Part shown: positions 44,701 to 56,892 of the stretch, one piece after another | How the letters are laid out: every line of letters begins with the position of its first letter | Numbering within the stretch: position 1 is the first letter of the stretch | Source of the DNA: a virus | Lineage: Duplodnaviria > Heunggongvirae > Uroviricota > Caudoviricetes | IMG/VR virus record: IMGVR_UViG_3300029415_000001 | Strand: one strand, 5' to 3' | Length of the DNA stretch: 64,000 nt | Notes under the pieces: generated by a model | Database searches by the model: none | What the model was told of the DNA's origin: nothing | The model's input: only the letters and a program-made list of their open reading frames with translations | Made by a program: the position numbers and the translations under genes

Positions 44701-47700
44701 TACATACGCGGTCCATATCCCTGATTATTGAGAAGATCGGACGGGCTTTCTCGTGCTCAATCACGCCGTCTTCATTGACCGAGGTCGTTACGCCATTGTT
44801 GGCTTTGGCCGCCGCTTCCGCCTGCTGACGCAATTCTTCATACGCCGCCAGTTGTTCTTCAGTAAGTGGTGCATCCTGCTGGTGTTCGTCCAGCTCCGGG
44901 ATCTCCACGGTATCCTTAACGTCTTCCGCCGTTTTAAGCGTTACCCAGCGATGGAATATACCGCGCAGCGCATCAAGGTTTTCAAAGCCCACCAGCGCCA
45001 TTTTTTCTTCAACTTCACCGCTGATTTTCTGTACCGTTTCCAGCCTGGTCTTGCCGAAGAATTTAACGAAGTCATCAGGACCGTAGATCCCCATCTTCTG
45101 CCAGTATTCCTTCGGCAGAACATGAGAAAGCATGTTGTATGCATCGATCGGGGTGTTAACGACTGGCGTTGCAGTCAGGAGAACCGGCCCGCGCCCGCCA
45201 TTCTTTTTCATCAGGTACGCGTTTTTAATTGCCATATCTCGCGCCGATTGCGCCACCGCGCTGGTGGGCAGATAGGCCAGTTGTGACGCTTCGCGACCAT
45301 TTTTATAGCTATTGCGGTAGTTGTGACCTTCGTCAGCGATCACACTATCGAAGCCCATATCCTCAAAGTACGGATACTTCTCTGCTTTTTCGGTGCCGGT
45401 ATCTGAATACTCCGACAATACCCGGCGACGCGCAGCCTCTTTGCGGTGGGAGTCGGAGTCCATTGCGCTGGCTACGCGCCCGGCGGCAACGAAGTCATAA
45501 AGCATATCCTGTGCATGCTCATCTACGGTGTCATCACGTAGCGGAATGCGGGCGTATTGTTCTTTGGTAAACACGACTGCACGGTAATTTGAGTGCGGGA
45601 TCGCGTTCATCCGCGCCGTGATAGTGGCTTCATCTGCCAGCTTAAGAGCATCGCGCATAACTGGAGTGCCATCAGTACCAAGAACAGGTTTACCGTTCTC
45701 ATCGAGCACCGGCACCTGGCGAATCTGATCGCCATCCATCAGCACATCAAGACCGACGAACAGGTAGTTACTGAATGCCTCTTCACTCAGGAATTCTTTT
45801 GCTTCGTAATACCAGTTTTCCAGCACTGATTTAGGCACTACATACGCAGTACGGGTGGAGCGACCGTTCTCATAGTTGAACGCCTCAAGCGCCAGCGCGG
45901 TCGTGGTTTTACCCAGCCCGGTGCCGAAGCCAAGGATGCCGCGCCCATCTTCGGACAGTCGGCGCACCTCGCTATTCTGGTAATCAAATGGCTGGCGCTT
46001 ACCGCTTAATCCCTTCAACCCAAGCGGATCGCCAGAGTGTTCATACGGGATATTGCTATTGAACACATCGTTGTATTTGGCAACCAGCTCATCGTAGCGA
46101 TCGTGCGTCTTGATCCACTTATTGAACTGGTCCTCAAGCAGTGCCATCTGCTCGCGGTAGCCGTTCGCCGTCGCGCTATCTTTGCCACCGATACGCGCAC
46201 CATTGAGATACTTTTCCAGCTGTGCCGGGAACCCGGTCGCGTTTTCACCTGATTTACGGTCCCACTCGTAGCGGATCTCGCCTGTTTCTTTATCCTTACG
46301 CTGGACGACACCGTATCGGTGCCCGACGAACAGACCATCACCACCGTGATAGGTGTCAGAAACCATTTCGTCGCCTTCCAACTGCACTGACTGCACATAG
46401 CGCAGATCCGGATAGCCGTTTTCCTGCAAAAACTCCAGAATGACGGAACGGTCGAACCAACGGCTATTGAGCTTAAAGCGGATATTCTCTGCTGGCGTCT
46501 TGATGCGCTTCTCTTCGATCGCTGCCAGCTGATTAAGGACGTTGTTCTTTACTGGACCGTCGGGGAGCGTGGCGAGGAATTCCTGTTTTGGAGCCACTAT
46601 CTCGTTAATGTTGCCGCTGGTGGCGCGGGCGAACGGAACAATCCCGCCATACGGTGAAACCGCAATGCCAGGGGTGCTGGCCAATAAATTAAGCAACTCG
46701 TCATCACTGGCTGGCAGTTCGCCGGTAAACGCAAGGCGGAAATCATCGAGCTGGATTGGATCGCGAGTGAGATCACTGTAGAGATAACGCAGGGTGTCCT
46801 GATAGCTGGTGGAGTCATAACTGGCGCTGGAATCATGCGTAACCAGTTTTCCTGTCAGCTCGTCAGAAATAGTGCCATCCAGCTTAATTGCACCACGGAA
46901 AGCAAACCAGGCGCGAGCACCGCTCCCCGATAATTTCGCTATCGGACCGCGACCGGGGTTACCAAAACGGTCAATCTCTGCCTGCAAACGGGATACCAGA
47001 GAAAGGCGCTGCTGTTCGATTTGTTCAGCACTATGCCCGGCGGCCTTCATGTCCTGATATTCAATTAACATCCGGCCAATCATCGCCCCGCGATACAAGC
47101 GTTCACGGTATTTTTCAGGCTGGCTGTTAATCCAGTCCACCAGCTGCACCATATCGTCGCTGATTGATGTGGTGTACTTATCGCGGACATTTGCCATCTG
47201 GGTAAATGTCATACCGAGACGGCCTTCTGTTGTAGTCAGGTTACGCTGAAGAGCCTCCCAGCTATCCGCGCCATAACTGGCAGCATCAATCTTAAGCTCC
47301 TTACCAGCATCAGCTTCAATCCAGCGACCACCAGCATATTTTTGCCATACGCCATTAATCAGGCGCATTTCCCCTTCATCAACAACATCTGCGGTCGGTG
47401 ACGGTTCAGCCATATCGAGCAAAGACCAGTCGATACGACTTTCGAAACGATGAATCAGCTTCGCTTTAAGAGCCTGGTTATCAATCTGCCCGTCGGCACG
47501 AACCTCAATACGCCCCTGGAATCCCTTCTCCTGGGTGCCATGAACAAACCGGCGGCCGTCCTTTTCAAACCACTTGCCAGAAATAAACGTTGGCCAAAGC
47601 ACATTTGCCGATTCAAGAGTGCTCTCATCCACCAGGGGGATTTTCTCAGCCATCTCTGCCGGATGTTTGCGCATCAGCACCACATCTACGACCGTACTGG

Positions 47701-48487
47701 TCCCGTTTGCGTCAAAAGTACCGGTAGGCAAGCGGTGGGCACCAAGAAATTCAGCTTTACGGGATAGGCGCAGGCGTAACCGCTTCATGTTTGAACCTGA
47801 AACAATGGACGGCGGCACAATCACACACATGAATCCGCCAGGCTTTATCTTGTCCAACATGCGGAGCATGAAGTAAGACCCCATGTCCGTTTCTTCTGCG
47901 TAAGGTTTATCGATGTTGCGTGTGTTATCACGACCACCGAACGGAACGTTACCCACCACATGGTCGAATGAATCGTTAGGCGTGCTTACAGCCAGCTGTT
48001 CAAACGGGGAAATCTGTACGCTGTCTTCCGGGTGTAACAGCTGGTTTATACGACCGGAAACACTGCTGATCTCAGTCGCGGTCATCACCGTACCAACCGG
48101 TTTTGTCTCATTAAAAACGCCGGTGCCCGCCGATGGTTCCAGAGTGTTACCTACGTCCGCACCATAGAGCTTCATGATCTCCCAGACGCCTTCAGCGATA
48201 GGCTTTGGTGTGTAATATTCGGAGACGGACCCGCCAATGCCGCCTTCACCGGTGTACCCAGCCAGGATCTGGCGCTGTTCATCTGTCAGTGTCGCGCCAT
48301 CCACCAGCGAATTAAGCAAATCTATCGCCTTCTGATTCGCCTCCCGGCGTAGTCGGTCATAGCTTTTGCCTTCCACCTTTTCCACGCCGTATCTAATCGG
48401 CGCTCGGTGAGATGTTATTGCCCTAATGTATTTCAATATTTCGCTGACACTTGAACAGCGAAACACCCCCATAGATAGCTTGTTCAT
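41720..48487 (-). CDS. darB: DarB-like defence-against-restriction protein (N6-adenine MTase plus SF2 helicase, virion-injected)
   Basis: 2255 aa; N-terminal LEPSAGTGVF and NVPFG MTase motifs; helicase GFGTGLGKTTTA and VIADEGHNYRN; size matches P1 DarB as recalled. Confidence 0.85.
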   Translation of the reverse strand: MNKLSMGVFRCSSVSEILKYIRAITSHRAPIRYGVEKVEGKSYDRLRREANQKAIDLLNSLVDGATLTDEQRQILAGYTGEGGIGGSVSEYYTPKPIAEGVWEIMKLYGADVGNTLEPSAGTGVFNETKPVGTVMTATEISSVSGRINQLLHPEDSVQISPFEQLAVSTPNDSFDHVVGNVPFGGRDNTRNIDKPYAEETDMGSYFMLRMLDKIKPGGFMCVIVPPSIVSGSNMKRLRLRLSRKAEFLGAHRLPTGTFDANGTSTVVDVVLMRKHPAEMAEKIPLVDESTLESANVLWPTFISGKWFEKDGRRFVHGTQEKGFQGRIEVRADGQIDNQALKAKLIHRFESRIDWSLLDMAEPSPTADVVDEGEMRLINGVWQKYAGGRWIEADAGKELKIDAASYGADSWEALQRNLTTTEGRLGMTFTQMANVRDKYTTSISDDMVQLVDWINSQPEKYRERLYRGAMIGRMLIEYQDMKAAGHSAEQIEQQRLSLVSRLQAEIDRFGNPGRGPIAKLSGSGARAWFAFRGAIKLDGTISDELTGKLVTHDSSASYDSTSYQDTLRYLYSDLTRDPIQLDDFRLAFTGELPASDDELLNLLASTPGIAVSPYGGIVPFARATSGNINEIVAPKQEFLATLPDGPVKNNVLNQLAAIEEKRIKTPAENIRFKLNSRWFDRSVILEFLQENGYPDLRYVQSVQLEGDEMVSDTYHGGDGLFVGHRYGVVQRKDKETGEIRYEWDRKSGENATGFPAQLEKYLNGARIGGKDSATANGYREQMALLEDQFNKWIKTHDRYDELVAKYNDVFNSNIPYEHSGDPLGLKGLSGKRQPFDYQNSEVRRLSEDGRGILGFGTGLGKTTTALALEAFNYENGRSTRTAYVVPKSVLENWYYEAKEFLSEEAFSNYLFVGLDVLMDGDQIRQVPVLDENGKPVLGTDGTPVMRDALKLADEATITARMNAIPHSNYRAVVFTKEQYARIPLRDDTVDEHAQDMLYDFVAAGRVASAMDSDSHRKEAARRRVLSEYSDTGTEKAEKYPYFEDMGFDSVIADEGHNYRNSYKNGREASQLAYLPTSAVAQSARDMAIKNAYLMKKNGGRGPVLLTATPVVNTPIDAYNMLSHVLPKEYWQKMGIYGPDDFVKFFGKTRLETVQKISGEVEEKMALVGFENLDALRGIFHRWVTLKTAEDVKDTVEIPELDEHQQDAPLTEEQLAAYEELRQQAEAAAKANNGVTTSVNEDGVIEHEKARPIFSIIRDMDRVCTDMDLYYRRITYRFLPEYADAVQQLADSLPKQATSEDDDSDDSITQQSQYSLIDKGEFIQLQVPEAFEQEVNKRLARFGIDEQTVTHPVTPKYAKLIATLKEFFPEGKQIIFTDEKTQHQKLKRIICNALNLEPSKVGILNAQTVAEAGKTGKKLKAVKPPKELPDEPTDAQIAKYNEQMALYDAYIAQQNEMSLGGLEKIAADFQEGRTPIIICNKKAEVGINLHRGTTDIHHLTLPWTPASIAQRNGRGARVGSNRASVRVHYYCGKGSFDEYRLKTLKRKAGWISDILRSDKSEMENADANDMIEMQMYTAKDDGERLAMMQVQMDKAKAAKRARQKEQATIDLQNYIKAQHAAGEDVEVLTAELERSKAELEKTTAEVAKFKQAAMAKAADNADWKARWGSVHHTDRMLLAQYRASLKSAIQRKANISQAISRYEKLLNRTQKAATDIKRLRPLVEDAINKGILDVDPDLVNHANEFLVIGDRSWRVGQYYDCAGDIVRIKSLDFDSQRADVEIIFTFKGTKSGNWDVKTLDKQVDVTPDEDAVMQKISGGVSIAGINDIISCDDFYRFQQRGMIKITDSYGVQTTESGYSIDFVGTYTAPLKHAVYPDRRDGALKSSIAKWVLGMMSEGNNRQIRSAETFLVELFGSNYGDVIASYGDTLSPEAIQEKIVDAIAKMPEKTSQGATRNGDSELEVTNAIFGTHEFRASDYEITTAQFGTIGIYSNKAEIKQAMDAASARIAAEREANLNHAVAALTQSWVTAIREAATTGKITPAIADVVNDGSKFMDAYQMDAVQLPSAYGQLSYRMTYNLVSMFSDLAILGLVDLNEVTPELLSIRKNHVEILQRINTVLAGRTDEEKQADADRINLALGNITEEEIAARNEKQEELSSIQGDATSIAQSLGLNYRVSTADLKMMYAPKFAAGEVFGLQEASGMKGVLFRAKDAIKAKFGARWLPAKAKNSDFPGNWWIIETKHNVADVLAVIQQYA

Positions 48488-48553
48488 TGGTAATCCTTAA
48501 CAAGTGACTAGTGTTAAATTCCGTTCAAACACGATGCGAATTATTCTAATTAA

Positions 48554-51284
<2,731 letters not shown>

Positions 51285-51575
51285 CCACCAAAAATAACCC
51301 CGGCGGCTGCCGGGGGTATCGTTAACTATTATCGCCTTCGCCTGCGTGCCATATATTTGCGCACCGCGCGGCGTGGACAATCTGAAGCGGTTTCTTTCTG
51401 TTGCATCAATCTCGCAGCCATGCTCAAAAATGTCAGGCACAGCCGAAGCTCGGCATACAATAGCGGTTCCAGTGGCCACGTCTCATTGAGCACATATACC
51501 GCCATGAAAATCGAGTCAAAAACTATCGCCGCCAGCGATAACTTCATTGTCGAAAGTCGGCGGAGCTGCCGGAGT

Positions 51576-52133
51576 TTATTCATTGACCAGCCCCGTCAGG
51601 CAAAGCTGGCGTTCATTTTCACGGCGAATCTTTAACCCAGGCAGGGGGACGCCGTTACTGTTCACAAAATCAGGGAGATGGTTACACATATTCACCCATT
51701 CCCCTTTCTGCGCCCACTTGTGGATGGACGTTTCGACTCGCATGCCTCGCGCTTTGCTGTAGTAGGCCCGTAAACTATTGCATCCCATATTGAATGCCGC
51801 GCTTGTCATTGCGCTGAAGGCATTATCGGGCATGTCTTTGCCCCGGAAGTGCTGGTTAATACAGCGTTCAGCGATCAGGATATTCTTTTCCCAATCAGCG
51901 GCGATTTGCTGGTCTGTTTTTCGCACACCCGGCGTTACCCCGTGTGTATTACCGATCCCGTCAGTCCATACCCCTGCCGGGCACATGTATGGATCACGTC
52001 GGCAACCTTCAGCGTTTCCGATAAGCTCAAGCCCCGCCTGGTTGGTTCGCACATTGCCATTACCCATCACGATGGTAATCATCACCGCGATAGCGCAAAT
52101 TGCACCGCCTCCTGCGGCTGTTTTTCCCTTCAT
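51576..52133 (-). CDS. lyz: SAR-endolysin (T4-lysozyme-like muramidase with N-terminal signal-arrest-release helix)
   Basis: 185 aa from ATG 52133 (GAGG RBS); N-term MKGKTAAGGGAICAIAVMITIVMG SAR segment; ORF track start at 52478 is an upstream extension. Confidence 0.8.
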   Translation of the reverse strand: MKGKTAAGGGAICAIAVMITIVMGNGNVRTNQAGLELIGNAEGCRRDPYMCPAGVWTDGIGNTHGVTPGVRKTDQQIAADWEKNILIAERCINQHFRGKDMPDNAFSAMTSAAFNMGCNSLRAYYSKARGMRVETSIHKWAQKGEWVNMCNHLPDFVNSNGVPLPGLKIRRENERQLCLTGLVNE

Positions 52134-52266
52134 AAAGACCTCATAAGCGAATTTTTTACGCTCCAGGACAAACACCCATTCACAGCCATTACCGACTGAC
52201 TCGATCCCTTTAGAAGGCACAGGATAATGCAAATCACTTGTTAGCCACGTTTCAAAGATATACATT

Positions 52267-52283
52267 ATTGCTCTAATTAATTT
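52267..52283 (+). promoter_or_regulatory. C1 operator (ATTGCTCTAATTAATTT) upstream of ssb
   Basis: 15/17 consensus match. Confidence 0.6.
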
Positions 52284-52302
52284 ATTTTGTTGGGTAAGAA
52301 AA

Positions 52303-52791
52303 GTGGCACAACGCGGTGTAAACAAAGTCATCCTGATTGGTACCCTGGGACAAGACCCAGATATCAGGTATATACCAAATGGCGGAGCAGTCGGAAGACT
52401 CAGCATCGCAACGAATGAATCATGGCGCGACAAGCAAACAGGCAAACAGAAAGAGCAAACAGAATGGCATAAAGTCATTTTGTTCGGAAAAATTGCTGAA
52501 ATTACGAGTGAATATTTACGAAAAGGTTCTCAGGTCTACATCGAAGGGAAACTTAAAACCCGTAAGTGGACAGATGATGCCGGTGTAGAACGTTACACGA
52601 CGGAAATTATCGTCAGCCAGGGCGGCACTATGCAAATGATCGGCGCTCGCCGCGACGATTCACAATTCTCAAATGGCTGGGGGCAGTCAAACCAACCTCA
52701 AAACCACCAGCAATACAGCGGTGGCGGTAAACCTCAGAGCAACGCCAATAGCGAACCTCCAATGGACTTTGAAGACGATATTCCATTTTGA
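52303..52791 (+). CDS. ssb: single-stranded DNA-binding protein
   Basis: 162 aa; OB-fold N-terminus [19 protein letters not shown], Gly/Gln-rich linker, acidic tail DFEDDIPF. Confidence 0.95.
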   Translation: MAQRGVNKVILIGTLGQDPDIRYIPNGGAVGRLSIATNESWRDKQTGKQKEQTEWHKVILFGKIAEITSEYLRKGSQVYIEGKLKTRKWTDDAGVERYTTEIIVSQGGTMQMIGARRDDSQFSNGWGQSNQPQNHQQYSGGGKPQSNANSEPPMDFEDDIPF

Positions 52792-52842
52792 GAGGGCTGA
52801 AAGTTGCTCGATTACTTAAAAATAACTTTACCTAATTGGTGT

Positions 52843-52870
52843 AAAAAAATGGGCGCAACAAAGCGCCCCA
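52843..52870 (-). terminator. rho-independent terminator of the porin gene
   Basis: Minus strand GGGGCGCTTTGTTGCGCCC followed by ATTTTTTT. Confidence 0.6.
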
Positions 52871-54015
52871 ACAATAGAGTTTCAAATTAATAAAAAGGTA
52901 ATAAATAACATGAAGTTAAATTGAGAAGAGGCAATTTTATTGCCTCTTCAAAGGTGGCATGAGGGTGCCACCTATATGCGGGCAGTGACATCACTCCCTT
53001 CCCGCATATTCTTACCTACCAAAATTAGAATTGGTAGGTCATACCAACAGCAACGATGTTGTCGGTTGCAACGCCAGATTTTTTGGTAAAATCACTTTCA
53101 TCGATCAGGTTGATCTTATAGTCAACGAAAGTGGACATATTCTTGTTAAAGTAATAAGTCGCGCCCACGTCGATGTATTCAACCAGATCCTGGTTACCGA
53201 ACGCACCAATATTTTCACCGCGAGAGTGTAGGTAAGCGATGGACGGACGCAGGCCGAAATCAAACTGGTATTGAGCAACGGCTTCAAAGTTTTTCGCCTT
53301 GTTCGCGATATGGTCATCACCGAAGACTGTCATATTCTGAGTTTCAGAATAAGTTGTAGCCAGGTAAATGTTGTTTGCATCATATTTCAGGCCCGTAGCC
53401 CATACTTCAGCAGTTTTACCAGAGGCATTCAGAGGGCTGGCTTTAGCATAGGATACCTGTCCATCAGTACGGTCAGATTTTGCATAGGTTGCAGCAACGC
53501 CAAATCCTTCATAATCGTAAGTAGCTGACAGACCAAAGCCATCACCATTAGATTCAACTTCGTCGCGGCCTTTCCAGTTGTTCACTTTTGCAGCACTATC
53601 ATTTTTACCTTGATACTGCAAAGCAAAGTTCAGACCATCAACCAAGCCGAAGAAATTATTGTTACGATAGGTCGCGACGCCAGTAGCACGCTGGGTCATA
53701 AATACATCAGTCTGAGTCCAGGTATCTCCACCAAACTCCGGCAGCACGTCAGTCCAAGCGCCAACATCATAAGCTACACCGTAGTTGCGACCATAGTCGA
53801 GCGAACCATAATCGCCAAAGCGAAGCCCTGCAAACGCAAGACGAGTTTTATCTTTATCAGAACCTTCAGTTTCAGAACGGTTACCTTTAAATTCGTACTC
53901 CCACTGACCAAAACCGGTTAACTGGTCATTAATCTGAGTTTCACCTTTGAAACCCATACGAGCATAAGTTTTATCCCCGTCATCACTAGCCGAAGAAGAG
54001 AAGTAATGCTCTGCA

Positions 54016-55344
54016 CTGATGAATCCCCTAATGATTTTGGTAAAAATCATTAAGTTAAGGTGGATACACATCTTGTCATATGATCAAATGGTTTCGCGAA
54101 AAATCAATAATCAGACAACAAGATGTGCGAACTCGATATTTTACACGACTCTCTTTACCAATTCTGCCCCGAATTACACTTAAAACGACTCAACAGCTTA
54201 ACGTTGGCTTGCCACGCATTACTTGACTGTAAAACTCTCACTCTTACCGAACTTGGCCGTAACCTGCCAACCAAAGCGAGAACAAAACATAACATCAAAC
54301 GAATCGACCGATTGTTAGGTAATCGTCACCTCCACAAAGAGCGACTCGCTGTATACCGTTGGCATGCTAGCTTTATCTGTTCGGGCAATACGATGCCCAT
54401 TGTACTTGTTGACTGGTCTGATATTCGTGAGCAAAAACGACTTATGGTATTGCGAGCTTCAGTCGCACTACACGGTCGTTCTGTTACTCTTTATGAGAAA
54501 GCGTTCCCGCTTTCAGAGCAATGTTCAAAGAAAGCTCATGACCAATTTCTAGCCGACCTTGCGAGCATTCTACCGAGTAACACCACACCGCTCATTGTCA
54601 GTGATGCTGGCTTTAAAGTGCCATGGTATAAATCCGTTGAGAAGCTGGGTTGGTACTGGTTAAGTCGAGTAAGAGGAAAAGTACAATATGCAGACCTAGG
54701 AGCGGAAAACTGGAAACCTATCAGCAACTTACATGATATGTCATCTAGTCACTCAAAGACTTTAGGCTATAAGAGGCTGACTAAAAGCAATCCAATCTCA
54801 TGCCAAATTCTATTGTATAAATCTCGCTCTAAAGGCCGAAAAAATCAGCGCTCGACACGGACTCATTGTCACCACCCGTCACCTAAAATCTACTCAGCGT
54901 CGGCAAAGGAGCCATGGGTTCTAGCAACTAACTTACCTGTTGAAATTCGAACACCCAAACAACTTGTTAATATCTATTCGAAGCGAATGCAGATTGAAGA
55001 AACCTTCCGAGACTTGAAAAGTCCTGCCTACGGACTAGGCCTACGCCATAGCCGAACGAGCAGCTCAGAGCGTTTTGATATCATGCTGCTAATCGCCCTG
55101 ATGCTTCAACTAACATGTTGGCTTGCGGGCGTTCATGCTCAGAAACAAGGTTGGGACAAGCACTTCCAGGCTAACACAGTCAGAAATCGAAACGTACTCT
55201 CAACAGTTCGCTTAGGCATGGAAGTTTTGCGGCATTCTGGCTACACAATAACAAGGGAAGACTTACTCGTGGCTGCAACCCTACTAGCTCAAAATTTATT
55301 CACACATGGTTACGCTTTGGGGAAATTATGAGGGGATCTCTCAG
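54016..55344 (+). mobile_element. IS10 (1329 bp) with 9-bp target-site duplication TGCTCTGCA
   Basis: Ends CTGATGAATCCCCTAATGATTTTGG and GGGGAAATTATGAGGGGATCTCTCAG; TSD at 54007..54015 and 55345..55353. Confidence 0.95.
54123..55331 (+). CDS. IS10 transposase
   Basis: 402 aa; MCELDILHDSLYQFCPELHLKRLNSLTLACHALLD... recognised as IS10/Tn10 transposase. Confidence 0.95.
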   Translation: MCELDILHDSLYQFCPELHLKRLNSLTLACHALLDCKTLTLTELGRNLPTKARTKHNIKRIDRLLGNRHLHKERLAVYRWHASFICSGNTMPIVLVDWSDIREQKRLMVLRASVALHGRSVTLYEKAFPLSEQCSKKAHDQFLADLASILPSNTTPLIVSDAGFKVPWYKSVEKLGWYWLSRVRGKVQYADLGAENWKPISNLHDMSSSHSKTLGYKRLTKSNPISCQILLYKSRSKGRKNQRSTRTHCHHPSPKIYSASAKEPWVLATNLPVEIRTPKQLVNIYSKRMQIEETFRDLKSPAYGLGLRHSRTSSSERFDIMLLIALMLQLTCWLAGVHAQKQGWDKHFQANTVRNRNVLSTVRLGMEVLRHSGYTITREDLLVAATLLAQNLFTHGYALGKL

Positions 55345-55711
55345 TGCTCTGCATTAACTTTGCCGTACAGATCCAGTTTGTTACCGTCTTTGTTATAGAT
55401 TTCTGCCGCTTGTGCAGACATTGCCATCAGAACAGATGCTGCAACCGTAGAAAGTGCCACTGTAATTTTTTTCATTTTTTTTCCTTTAGATTGAACTTTT
55501 CAACAGAAAAGAAGTCACTTAGGGGAGATGTTTATCTTTTTTTGATTTACATTTCAAGTTTTTTAAATAAATATCGAGATATTTTCGTGATCAGGATCAC
55601 AAAAACACCATTGCAAACCAATTAATTATTAGGATGGTATTAATAATATAGAGTAAAAAATAACACTAAGGCCAAATCGCAACCAGAAACAACAGCGCAG
55701 TATAAAACACG

Positions 55712-56480
55712 GGTAGTGCATCCAATTAGTAGAACATGTGTTTTTCGATAAACGCTCCGATCACTTTTTCGTGGATCTCAACTGAGCGTGAGAAGCAGAT
55801 TGTTTTTTACGAGCCAACTGCTTAATGCGGGTGCGTAGCGTCAGATTATTACGCTCAATGCGTTGGGTGAATATTTTGCCGGTCAGATGCTTATTCTTCG
55901 CCCCCCCCCCGGCCATAGCTGCCCCTGTCATCGCTGGTGAGCATGCCGATGTTGAAGGGTGTAAGCAGTGCCAGTAGCTCCCGGCACGCTTGATCGGTTC
56001 GGGGACCAAAAGTGTAGGCCAGTACACCGCCTGTTTTGGTGTTGTACGCGTACCAGAGCCAGTGTTGCCGGGCTTTACTGCCAACGTAGCTCCATTGCTC
56101 ATCAAGCTCGCAGATAAGCGCCACATCAGCATGGGCAACAGGAGAAGAAGTTATTCGCGTTGGCGCGAGTTTTTTAAAGTCCGGATGACGGTGCTAATAC
56201 CAATTTTCAGTGTCCTGGCGGTATCGCGAACCCCGGCACCATTAAAGGCCATTTCAGTGATCAGCTCTTTCATACCCGGCTTACGTGCTTGATAAGTATA
56301 AGTGAGCTGAAACACACGGTGGCAGTCACGGCAGCGAAATCTGTCACGGCCTTTAGGGTTCTGACCATGGCGGTAAACCCGAGCTAACTGACAACGGGGA
56401 CAATGAATATTAACGCTGGCTATGAGATAACCTCAAAAGCCCATATTATACATCAGATTCAACTAATTAGAGGCATCACC
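55712..56480 (-). mobile_element. IS1-family insertion sequence (divergent isoform), insA/insB region with a C10 homopolymer
   Basis: Imperfect terminal IRs GGTAGTGCATCCAATTAGTAGAA and GGTGATGCCTCTAATTAGTTGAA; InsA-like and InsB-like translations on minus strand; InsB frame broken near C10 tract at 55901..55910; no canonical ATG for insA. Confidence 0.75.
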
Positions 56481-56580
56481 AGAAATGGCTTGCTTCCATA
56501 GCCTAAAGCAAGCCACAACACATTTACCTTAAGTACACAATTAACATACCAGAACAGATTATTTTTGCACAATCAGGGAG

Positions 56581-56892
56581 TTAATATACGATCTGGTCTA
56601 CATGATCACCAAAATCATCATCGTCGTCGTCATCATCGCCACCATCTACTGCTGGCCAATCAACAAACCAGCCAGCGTAAAGATGCAGCGTTCGGAGAAC
56701 ATCACTTGCGGGAGCATCAAGGGTGTTAACGAATCCCATATAGCTATTGGGATTTGCCCCAGCTATGGCTTCAGCGATCATGTCCTCGGTAATGTCACCG
56801 GAGATAATGCTTAAACGCTCGGAAACTTCTTCATTATCATCAAATTCGATAATGGCATTTCCGCCTAATGGCGCTGCGATTTTAATCTGCAT
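56581..56892 (-). CDS. small acidic protein (position of P1 hxr)
   Basis: 103 aa; poly-Asp run GGDDDDDDDDFGD. Confidence 0.45.
   Translation of the reverse strand: MQIKIAAPLGGNAIIEFDDNEEVSERLSIISGDITEDMIAEAIAGANPNSYMGFVNTLDAPASDVLRTLHLYAGWFVDWPAVDGGDDDDDDDDFGDHVDQIVY

Larger units (their letters stand above)
53025..55475 (-). pseudogene. OmpC/PhoE-family general porin gene interrupted by IS10
   Basis: C-terminal portion 53025..54015 ends ...[27 protein letters not shown]...VGMTYQF; N-terminal portion 55345..55475 encodes signal peptide [23 protein letters not shown] then [17 protein letters not shown]; the two halves are separated by the IS. Confidence 0.85.

Noticed and set aside
41720-48487. 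Numerous 60-180 aa ORFs on both strands inside the darB coding region
   Set aside because: All are nested within a 2255-aa ORF carrying clear MTase and helicase motifs; treated as shadow ORFs
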